NCBI GenBank assembly: GCA_021824145.1
Contig: JAKALM010000010.1
Location: forward strand, 104,013-144,012
Source: Bacteroidota bacterium
GTDB lineage: Bacteria; Bacteroidota; Ignavibacteria; Ignavibacteriales; Ignavibacteriaceae
DNA: 40,000 nucleotides
Direction: 5' to 3'
The notes beneath the pieces were generated by a model. That model searched no databases. It was not told where the DNA came from and saw nothing but the letters and a program-made list of their open reading frames with translations. This document shows, in pieces, positions 27,481 to 34,957 of this stretch. Numbering within the stretch: position 1 is the first letter of the stretch; the number at the start of each line of letters is the position of its first letter. The position numbers and the translations under genes were made by a program.

Positions 27481-27888
27481 TTAATTGTTATTTAATGAAT
27501 TCTTCCTAAAAGAATCTTCAATAAGTTTTAATTGTCTTACCTTATTTCGTATATCGATAATTTTTTCCTTTGATATCTCGACATAAATTATAACTTCATA
27601 TTGTTTTAATATTTCATTAAAACCTTTTTTAATTGTTTTTTTTGAAACAATAAATTCGTCAGGGTCAGAACCAATTTTATTAATTAAACTATCAGGTAGT
27701 TCACCTTTTAAAATTCCATAATCCAATAATGCGTATGTTATTCCCTTTAATTTCGCTTTTTGTTTAGCTTCAAATTCAGTAATTCCAAAACTCTTAACTT
27801 CTTTATAAATATTTTGACCAAACAATTGAATATTATTACAAAGGAAGGTATAGAATAATATTAGAAAAAAAAATTTTATAAATTTCAT
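27481..27888 (-). CDS. Small exported protein, LPP20/FlgP-like helix motif (operon gene 5)
   Basis: Signal peptide. KSFGITEFEAKQKAKLKGITYALLDYG resembles the G-x-G/A...A...A...A motif of LPP20-type proteins and the N-domain of gene 7. Weak call. Confidence 0.4.
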   Translation of the reverse strand: MKFIKFFFLILFYTFLCNNIQLFGQNIYKEVKSFGITEFEAKQKAKLKGITYALLDYGILKGELPDSLINKIGSDPDEFIVSKKTIKKGFNEILKQYEVIIYVEISKEKIIDIRNKVRQLKLIEDSFRKNSLNNN

Positions 27889-27907
27889 TTTTTATTTTAT
27901 GTAACTT

Positions 27908-29143
27908 TTATATTGAAGGAGGTTCATTTAATTTTATTCGTAGATTTATAAAAGCCTTTAATAAACCAAAACCTCCAGGCAGTTTTGAAAAACTAAACGA
28001 AGGTCCAAAAGCAAAATCCTTAGCAAAACTTTCAAATAAATTTGAGAACAATAAATCACAACTTAATTGAGGCTGTCGAATATTATCCATATCTTTTATC
28101 ATATAGTCAAATCTGAAATCAAACTTTGTTTGTATTTTGTAACCCAATGACATTTCATAGAACCGCATTCCGAAATGCCATTCATGCTCGTAATCTGCTA
28201 AATATATTTTGCCAAAAGGAGACGCTAATACAGATATTGGATATCTTATTTCAAAATTTATATAGTGCCCAGTTAAAAATTTAGGTTCGAAAACTGTACC
28301 ATCAGAGCTTATAACTCTTGTTTTATTAAGTATTTCATCTTTAGCTGATTTACTAATTTCATTAATAACTTGCTGATATTGGAACCTAATTATGTCAGAA
28401 AGAGGGAAAGAATAACTAGCTTGAAAACCAAGCGTTGAATAAACATTGTTAAAATTATTTTTAGGATAGAAATCGCCAACATCCCCAAAACTATTAAATG
28501 CACCAATTGCACCACCTAAAATATGAAAATTAGCTTCATAGAAATTTGTTTCTAATGGTCCGCTATAAGGAGAACCAAACCCCAAGGAGAGTCCAATGCC
28601 TAAATTTCTATCAATTGGTAAACCAAGTCTTTCGCCACCAAAAAGTGTAAAATATTCATTGATAAAACTTCCAAATGGTTCATATTTATATTTTGGTTGG
28701 TTCCACTTTATTTTTTGATTATTGCTTAAAACAATCTTTCCTACAACAGAAGTCAATATATAATGCCAAGGTATTTCTGACATATCAATAATTTGATTAT
28801 CTCTAAGATTAATTATTTCATTCACCCAATTAGATATTGAGCTATCCTTCTTTATTTCAGCAAAACTAATACTATTACCCCAGGGTATAACAGTAATAGT
28901 AGATGCAGAATCCATTGTATTTCCTGAAGAATTTCTAACTATTTGAACAATAACATGATTTGATGATAGTGATGGAACCTGATCATATGTTACGGCTAGT
29001 TTTTTTTGAATTTGCATTGATAATGTGGGATCTATAATTTCAAATTTATCAGGTACTTGAGAGAAAGTAAAAGAGTTATAATAAATTAATATAAATACGA
29101 TTATTGCTAATATTCTGTATAATTGTTTCATTGTTCTCTCCAA
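27908..29143 (-). CDS. Exported hypothetical protein with Gly/aromatic-rich beta-barrel-like C-terminal half (operon gene 4)
   Basis: Signal peptide (ILAIIVFILIYYNSFTFS-QV), SD ggagag. The C-terminal half is rich in alternating aromatic/Gly segments (GIGLSLGFGSPYSGP, NFHILGGAIGAFNSFG, YSTLGFQASYSF, FDFRFDYMI). No family recognised. Confidence 0.45.
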   Translation of the reverse strand: MERTMKQLYRILAIIVFILIYYNSFTFSQVPDKFEIIDPTLSMQIQKKLAVTYDQVPSLSSNHVIVQIVRNSSGNTMDSASTITVIPWGNSISFAEIKKDSSISNWVNEIINLRDNQIIDMSEIPWHYILTSVVGKIVLSNNQKIKWNQPKYKYEPFGSFINEYFTLFGGERLGLPIDRNLGIGLSLGFGSPYSGPLETNFYEANFHILGGAIGAFNSFGDVGDFYPKNNFNNVYSTLGFQASYSFPLSDIIRFQYQQVINEISKSAKDEILNKTRVISSDGTVFEPKFLTGHYINFEIRYPISVLASPFGKIYLADYEHEWHFGMRFYEMSLGYKIQTKFDFRFDYMIKDMDNIRQPQLSCDLLFSNLFESFAKDFAFGPSFSFSKLPGGFGLLKAFINLRIKLNEPPSI

Positions 29144-29145
29144 TT

Positions 29146-30165
29146 TTAATTACCGTTAATGTATATGGATTTCGTAATTTCTCTAGTTTTATGAGAAATT
29201 TTATCTGTAACTTTTAATTTTATATTAATTCGATACCCGTCATTATCTTCAGATCCTTGGCTATCACAAATATCTATGAAATTTGAATATTCTTTATCAC
29301 TAACTTTATGAGTCCACTTTATTGAATAAATTTTTCCTATTTTTAATTTATTTTCTACAATATCTTCTTCTTTGTAAAAAAGCCAATTATTTTTTGCCCA
29401 TCCAGTTGGATTAACTACAAAAGCATCAAACTTAAGATCTTCTGGAAAATCATATCTAACCGCAAGAGTAAATAAATTTTGATCATTTAATTGATTAAAA
29501 CTTTTAGCTTTATTAAAATCATTGGAAAGAGAAAATTTTGGAATCTCTGGTTTTTCAAAGACCTCAATAGAATCAATTAATTTAAGTTGGTCACTGCCAG
29601 GGTCTTTGTATTTAATAAATATTTGGTGATTTTTAATGGAATGGGTCAAGTTAAGTTTTCCATCTTTTTCGTTTGCTCTTAAAGACAAAATAATTTTATC
29701 ATCTGCGATAAAAAATAAATCTTGATTGGTAGGATTTGAAACAATATTTACCGCTTGGTTATAAATTTTCTTAACAGGATTTGAAATAATCATGTTCTTA
29801 CTTAAAATCACAAAATCTTTTTTTAAAGGCACATGCGGATTATTATAAGGAATATTAACAGGAGGTTGTGCAGAATTGCTTTCTTCAGTTGAATAATTTC
29901 CAAAATTTGAACTATTCCCTTTTCTTAATTCTTCTTTAAGTTTAGCAATTTCATTTGTTAAAATTGCATTTATTTTTTTTTCATTCTCATAATTTTTTTT
30001 GTAATTATCCATAATAATTTTTGAAGCAACTTCGGGAACATTGGATTCGGCTACTTTTGAAAGAGTAAGTTCTGCACCTTTATATACCATAATAGTCAAA
30101 ATCACTATATACAATATTTGGTAAAGTACAAACTTATTGTCACTGCTAGCTGATCTAATTGACAT
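29146..30165 (-). CDS. Bitopic inner-membrane protein: TM anchor, coiled coil, Pro-rich linker, beta-rich periplasmic domain (operon gene 3)
   Basis: N-terminal FVLYQILYIVILTIMVY anchor, coiled coil (NEKKINAILTNEIAKLKEELRK), linker AQPPVNIPYNNPHVPL, then ~220 aa that are beta-rich. SD gaggt upstream. 2-nt gap to gene 4 and 9-nt gap from gene 2. Confidence 0.5.
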   Translation of the reverse strand: MSIRSASSDNKFVLYQILYIVILTIMVYKGAELTLSKVAESNVPEVASKIIMDNYKKNYENEKKINAILTNEIAKLKEELRKGNSSNFGNYSTEESNSAQPPVNIPYNNPHVPLKKDFVILSKNMIISNPVKKIYNQAVNIVSNPTNQDLFFIADDKIILSLRANEKDGKLNLTHSIKNHQIFIKYKDPGSDQLKLIDSIEVFEKPEIPKFSLSNDFNKAKSFNQLNDQNLFTLAVRYDFPEDLKFDAFVVNPTGWAKNNWLFYKEEDIVENKLKIGKIYSIKWTHKVSDKEYSNFIDICDSQGSEDNDGYRINIKLKVTDKISHKTREITKSIYINGN

Positions 30166-30174
30166 AATTTTACC

Positions 30175-31353
30175 TCAATCCTCTTGCTTAGTATCGTCAA
30201 AAACTTTAATTGGGGCTCTATTATTATTTTCTTCATTAGTATCCATATTCATTTCAGCTTGAGTTTTTTCCAAAATATTAAAAATTTGTTCCTCATTTTG
30301 ATCTAAAACTAATCCATTTTTAATTTTATTATTAATTTTTTGAATAATTCCATAAGCATTATGACATACTTCTTCTTTTTTGTCTTTTAAAACTTTATGT
30401 GCAGGTAATGGAACAATTACATTTTTATCTCTTTTAAAACGTTCGGTAATTCTGTCGACTTTTACATCTATCATTTCGAGAATTTTATTCCCGGTATGTA
30501 ATACCCTTAATCGTGTTTCTTCTTTTATTCTATGTTCATCAGCTATTAATTGATAATATTTAACTCTATATTCATCACCTAAACTGTCTATAACTAGAGA
30601 AAAGGTTTTAGATAGAATCAAAACCAAAATTGCCTTAATTTCAAATGGAATAGAAAAATTTATAAACATCATTGGTCCGACAATTACACTTAATAATAAA
30701 ATTGCCGCTCCTAATAGCGGAACACTGAACCCCATAACATCAATTATATTTAGATATGAATTTTCAACTTCTTCAAATGCATGACTATCAGGTAATTTTC
30801 CTTTTTCATAATCAGATCTCATGACATGATACCCATCGAATGCAACCAAAGTAAAAATGAAAAAGGCTACTAAAGGCATAAGGTTAAATACCCAATAATG
30901 ATGCACATTTTCTTCTCCAAATGGACGAGATTTGCTATATAATGTTTTTAATGCTTCTTTATTCTCAACACTCCAATTTTTATTAGCTTCTAGCAGAGCA
31001 ACCAATTCAGCTTTGTTTAATTTTCCTGATAACTCTAACTCAGGATAAACATTGTCATAAGGAAGTAATTTTAATTTTTCCTTTAATTCTGATATTTCTT
31101 CATTGCTTAATTCCGAAGTAGGATAAGTAAGTACATATGATTGATTTTCTGTCTGCAATGTTGAGTCTGGAGTCAAAGCAACACTTATTTTTTCTTTTGT
31201 AATTCTTTGGTTTAAATTATTGATTACATTATAACTTATTCCAAAAGAAATTAATACTAAAATAAAATTTATTAAAAGACTTTTATATGTAATTCTTAAG
31301 AAATCCTTTATATCGAATAGCAAATTTTGAAAAAAATTATTTTTATCCTTCAT
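30175..31353 (-). CDS. Polytopic (about 4 TM) inner-membrane protein with long coiled-coil cytoplasmic tail (operon gene 2)
   Basis: TM1 LLINFILVLISFGISYNVI, ~110-aa periplasmic loop, TM2 YWVFNLMPLVAFFIFTLVAF, TM3 SVPLLGAAILLLSVIVGPMMFI, TM4 PFEIKAILVLILSKTFSLVI, then a ~130-aa charged helical tail. P-L-L-G in TM3 and a Glu at the start of TM4 are faintly reminiscent of MotA/TolQ/ExbB channels. Unverified. Confidence 0.5.
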   Translation of the reverse strand: MKDKNNFFQNLLFDIKDFLRITYKSLLINFILVLISFGISYNVINNLNQRITKEKISVALTPDSTLQTENQSYVLTYPTSELSNEEISELKEKLKLLPYDNVYPELELSGKLNKAELVALLEANKNWSVENKEALKTLYSKSRPFGEENVHHYWVFNLMPLVAFFIFTLVAFDGYHVMRSDYEKGKLPDSHAFEEVENSYLNIIDVMGFSVPLLGAAILLLSVIVGPMMFINFSIPFEIKAILVLILSKTFSLVIDSLGDEYRVKYYQLIADEHRIKEETRLRVLHTGNKILEMIDVKVDRITERFKRDKNVIVPLPAHKVLKDKKEEVCHNAYGIIQKINNKIKNGLVLDQNEEQIFNILEKTQAEMNMDTNEENNNRAPIKVFDDTKQED

Positions 31354-31397
31354 ATCATCCTCATTTTAAATTTCTTTTCAACTATTTTTCCCTTTGC

Positions 31398-33494
31398 TTA
31401 TTTATTTGTTCCTTCTTTAGTGCCTATTGGTGTTTCAATAATTAGTTGGCAAGTCCTATTATAAAATCTTCCTTCAGGTGTTTCATTATCATATAAAGGG
31501 ACTGATTCACCATATCCTTCGCTTGATAGATCTTTAGTAACTGGTTTTAATAATCTGACGAATTCTTTTAATGCATTAGCTGCTCGAGATTGTGATAATT
31601 TCATATTAGAAATTTCAGTTCCAATACTATCAGTATATCCAATCATTTTTATGCTAGAATTATTAGAAATGTCATCTTTAACTTTAAATAATATATCTTG
31701 ATTCCTTTTATTTAGATAAGAACTATTAAAATCAAATAAAACTAGACTTAACTTTTCAACATATTTATCTGAAATCTTATCAAGTTTCTTTTGCTCAGAG
31801 GATAAATATTTAACTGGCATTTCAAAAAATTTTTTTTGGGTTTCGAGGCCTTTACTATCTTTTAAATGAATGACGAACTCAAATGGCGAATTGTTTACAC
31901 TTTTATTCTTAATTGATTCATTAATATTCCAAGGAATATAAGGCGGAGGATAACTTTTGCCAGCAGAACTGAACATTAACTGATTATTCTGTTTTACAAA
32001 TAATTCCCATGATGTTGGTGGAGAAGTGAATTTTAGATCTAAATGAATTTGTAAATTTCCAGGGTCAGATAATTTACTATTACTCAAAATATCTACAGAA
32101 TTGAATAAATTGGGATCATCAGAAACAATTTCTACTCTCCTGTTTTCTTCTTGCCCTTTAACATTATAAATATTTGAAGGCTTTGAAGGTAAATTTTGAG
32201 CTTTTATAGTTATTCGGTCAGGAGAAATATTCCAAACATTCACTAAATATTCTTTTATTACTTCAGCTCTATCTCTACTTAATTTTAAATTATTTTTTTC
32301 TGAACCTTCATTGTCATTGCACCCAATTAATTTGATTTTTATTCTATCATATTTTTGAAGCCTTTTTCCAATAATGTTAAGTATATTATAGTAAACACTT
32401 AATTGATTTGCATCAAGATTGTTTTCTTCAAATTTTGCAGTATTCTCTTTAGTAATAAGAGAATATTTATTAAGTATTACTGCAGAATTTTTTTCAAAAA
32501 AAACATAGTTTAGTAGCGGATAAAATTCTTTTGATTTAATTTCTTCTATCATTACATGATCAATATTTTTGTATACATTGTCTGCTAAACAAAAAATTCC
32601 AGATTCTGTAATTTCTGGAGGTAAAAATTCATTATAAGTGACTTCATATCCAGAAAAAATAATTTTATTAGCTATTCTATTAAAATAGTTAGCTAATTCT
32701 ACTGCATCTTTTGCTTTGAAATATTCACCATTAGACTTCTCAGCTAGCTCTTCTAAAATATTTCTTCTCGAAGTGATATTTTCTGATCTATTAAAATCAA
32801 CTGAATATATTTTCCCACTCTTATAGCTAGATAATACATCTTCAGTGGATGTTTCACTTGCATTATCTTCTCCATCAGAAAGTAAAATATAAAAAACATC
32901 TTTAGGGGCTAAATTTTTATCTGAATTAAATGCTACATAAATTTGATCTCTTAAATAAGTTCTATCAGTCAAATTATCATATTTATAATACTTTTTACAA
33001 AAATTAATTACTTCACTGTTATTTCCTGCAAATTTATTTAATTGGATGTTTAAAGGTTTTCCTTGGAAATAAAAATTACTTTTATCATTGTCATGACCGA
33101 AGAAAAGAACAGATATCTCTGCTGATTTTGATAAGCTACTAATTAATGTATCTAATATTTTTAATAATTCCTTACTATAATTATTCATTGAAGCAGAGTT
33201 GTCTAAGCATAATACTACTTTATATTTTGAACTTGTCTCTTCAGATAAAGGTACTACTTTAACTATTTCAGTTAAATTTGAACCAATTTTTAAATCAAAA
33301 TCATTTTTATTTAAATTTTCAATTGGCTGATTATCTTTATTTAATACTTTTATTTTAATTTTATTCGAAGAGATTGGTTCGGTTGATATTTTATAATTAT
33401 TTTTTTGATATCCCTTTAAGGAAATATTTACTTCCTGTGAGTAAGTTAAAATAGATATAAAAATAATTAAAACTAAAAAGAAAAAAACCTTCAT
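31398..33494 (-). CDS. Exported vWA domain protein with two OmpA-like peptidoglycan-binding domains (operon gene 1)
   Basis: Signal peptide (FISILTYS-QE). vWA MIDAS VVLCLDNSASM (D98/S100/S102, nt 33189-33203) and LLSDGEDN. OmpA-like 1: IKLIGCNDNEGSEKNNLKLSRDRAEVIKEYL...NRRVEIV (~nt 32124-32522). OmpA-like 2: IKMIGYTDSIGTEISNMKLSQSRAANALKEFV...GRFYNRTCQLIIE (~nt 31434-31748). Confidence 0.8.
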   Translation of the reverse strand: MKVFFFLVLIIFISILTYSQEVNISLKGYQKNNYKISTEPISSNKIKIKVLNKDNQPIENLNKNDFDLKIGSNLTEIVKVVPLSEETSSKYKVVLCLDNSASMNNYSKELLKILDTLISSLSKSAEISVLFFGHDNDKSNFYFQGKPLNIQLNKFAGNNSEVINFCKKYYKYDNLTDRTYLRDQIYVAFNSDKNLAPKDVFYILLSDGEDNASETSTEDVLSSYKSGKIYSVDFNRSENITSRRNILEELAEKSNGEYFKAKDAVELANYFNRIANKIIFSGYEVTYNEFLPPEITESGIFCLADNVYKNIDHVMIEEIKSKEFYPLLNYVFFEKNSAVILNKYSLITKENTAKFEENNLDANQLSVYYNILNIIGKRLQKYDRIKIKLIGCNDNEGSEKNNLKLSRDRAEVIKEYLVNVWNISPDRITIKAQNLPSKPSNIYNVKGQEENRRVEIVSDDPNLFNSVDILSNSKLSDPGNLQIHLDLKFTSPPTSWELFVKQNNQLMFSSAGKSYPPPYIPWNINESIKNKSVNNSPFEFVIHLKDSKGLETQKKFFEMPVKYLSSEQKKLDKISDKYVEKLSLVLFDFNSSYLNKRNQDILFKVKDDISNNSSIKMIGYTDSIGTEISNMKLSQSRAANALKEFVRLLKPVTKDLSSEGYGESVPLYDNETPEGRFYNRTCQLIIETPIGTKEGTNK

Positions 33495-33498
33495 GTGA

Positions 33499-33505
33499 CC
33501 TCCTT
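33499..33505 (-). promoter_or_regulatory. Shine-Dalgarno AAGGAGG of the first operon gene
   Basis: The plus strand reads cctcctt at 33499-33505, i.e. aaggagg on the coding strand, 4 nt before the ATG (33494-33492). Confidence 0.6.
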
Positions 33506-33560
33506 GAATTATAAATTGTTCACTATTATAAATTGGAATACTAATGAATAAAGATTGAAC

Positions 33561-33584
33561 ATATTTATAATCATATTTATAATC
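33561..33584. promoter_or_regulatory. Perfect tandem 12-mer (atatttataatc x2) in the operon leader; possible operator or -10-containing repeat
   Basis: atatttataatc at 33561-33572 and again at 33573-33584, 67-90 nt upstream of the operon start codon. Each unit contains tataat/attata. AT-rich context lowers significance. Confidence 0.25.
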
Positions 33585-33793
33585 ATTTTAATAAGATTAT
33601 TTTTAAATAATTAATTAGCAACTTCATTTTTTTCCAACCATGTTTTTAGTCTAAAAATTATAATAAACTATTTCATGGTTGAGCTATAGATTTTGTAATG
33701 TATCACTTTAGTTTTTCATCATAAATAATATTTAACTCATATTTTAGGGCAATTTAAAGAATTCTATTCTTATTAGTTTTTATTTTTATTATC

Positions 33794-34411
33794 CTAAGAT
33801 TCCCTACTAACCTCTTCACTCCACGGACCTTCACCTGCTGCATTAACTGAACGGACTCGATAAAAATATTTTACCCCATTCTTTACATCATTATCAACGA
33901 ATGAAGTTTTGGTTGTTTTTTTAAAAAATTTCATCTCCGGAATTATATTTGGTTTGGTAGAATCCGTCGCGACTCCTTTTTGCCATTCAAATAAATCTGC
34001 ACTTTTATCATACTGTGTAGTTATTAAATAACCAGAACCTTCAGAATCATCAGAGATTGAAACATGAAGAATTGTTGTGGGAATTGATTTTTTAACTGCC
34101 GGTTTTCTTAATTTTATTCCATAAGGCATAAGTCTTAATTGGTTGTTTCCTTCTAAACCAATTGCAATTGACGTAACTCTTATAGCATATTCATCAAATT
34201 CAGAGCAAAGTTTATGCGCTTCAATTTGTTTTATTGTCAATTGTTCCTTCATACTTTCTATTTCTTTCTCTATAGAATCTAAAATGTCTATTTTTTCCTG
34301 CATCTTTTCGGGAGTATCGGTCTGGTTTTTCCATACAATTGGATTTTTTTCCATCCCATTCTTTAATCCCTTGAATTTAGATGATATTTCTGCAATATAT
34401 TTGATCATCAA
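33794..34411 (-). CDS. Small protein: N-terminal coiled coil + C-terminal fibronectin type III domain, no signal peptide
   Basis: The C-terminus VDNDVKNGVKYFYRVRSVNAAGEGPWSEEV is the canonical Fn3 F-G strand signature (Y-x-Y/F-R-V-x-A-x-N-x-x-G-x-G-x-x-S). N-terminal helical region (EKIDILDSIEKEIESMKEQLTIKQIEAHKL). Confidence 0.6.
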   Translation of the reverse strand: MMIKYIAEISSKFKGLKNGMEKNPIVWKNQTDTPEKMQEKIDILDSIEKEIESMKEQLTIKQIEAHKLCSEFDEYAIRVTSIAIGLEGNNQLRLMPYGIKLRKPAVKKSIPTTILHVSISDDSEGSGYLITTQYDKSADLFEWQKGVATDSTKPNIIPEMKFFKKTTKTSFVDNDVKNGVKYFYRVRSVNAAGEGPWSEEVSRES

Positions 34412-34957
34412 AAAATCTCCATTTATTGATCATTTTTCTTTTTCGAAAAAAATTTATTGGAATTTGAAATTGCATATTTAAAGTCATTATTTATAGTTTC
34501 CCCAAAAGAATTATATCGTAGGCATTTATAAAATCATTTTGAAAGATGAAGTGTATATTTACATGAGCAATAATCTCAATTTTTAAGAATAAATTTGTAT
34601 TTAATCTTTCTTTAAATAAAAATTTCATGAAATAAAATACATTTTGGGGGATAGAAAATATATTCAACAAGAAAACTCTTAGAAATCTTAATTTAAAAAT
34701 TGCATTCGCAGAGAAATGAAACACCATTTGTAAATTAAAACTGCCAATATTTTTTTTTATAGTTATAAATTTATTATTTAGATTACTACATTTTATAAAT
34801 AGAAACATCAATTTTATTAATAAAAATTATTTATTGTTATTATTATATAGAAATAAATTTGTCCATTTGGGAAATTTTTTTAAAAAAAATTAAAAATTTT
34901 TAATTTAATAACTAATATTTAACTATATAAGATGATTTATAATTAAGAATTGAAGAA

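Noticed and set aside
23905-27888. Genuine flagellar H-ring/T-ring locus
   Set aside because: There are no flg/fli/mot genes anywhere in the 40 kb. The domain resemblance is treated as fold reuse, not as a flagellar annotation.
29146-31353. GldL/GldM (PorL/PorM) T9SS motor
   Set aside because: The only resemblance is a vague one: the bitopic protein's anchor (QILYIVILTIMVY) to the GldM N-terminus. Sizes are wrong (339 versus ~510 aa), and no GldK/GldN/SprA-like genes or T9SS C-terminal sorting domains were seen.
29146-33494. MotAB/Zorya-type (ZorAB) stator
   Set aside because: The OmpA-like protein has a cleavable-looking signal peptide rather than a MotB/ZorB TM helix with an Asp. No ZorC/D-like or nuclease/helicase genes are present. 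The similarity of the 4-TM protein to MotA/ExbB is only a few residues. It is kept only as a low-confidence hypothesis.
34143-34811. Track ORFs 34143..34481 (+) and 34491..34811 (-)
   Set aside because: The first is antisense to the Fn3 gene. The second is a low-complexity reading of an AT-rich spacer (Phe/Asn/Ile/Lys), with no start context or motif.
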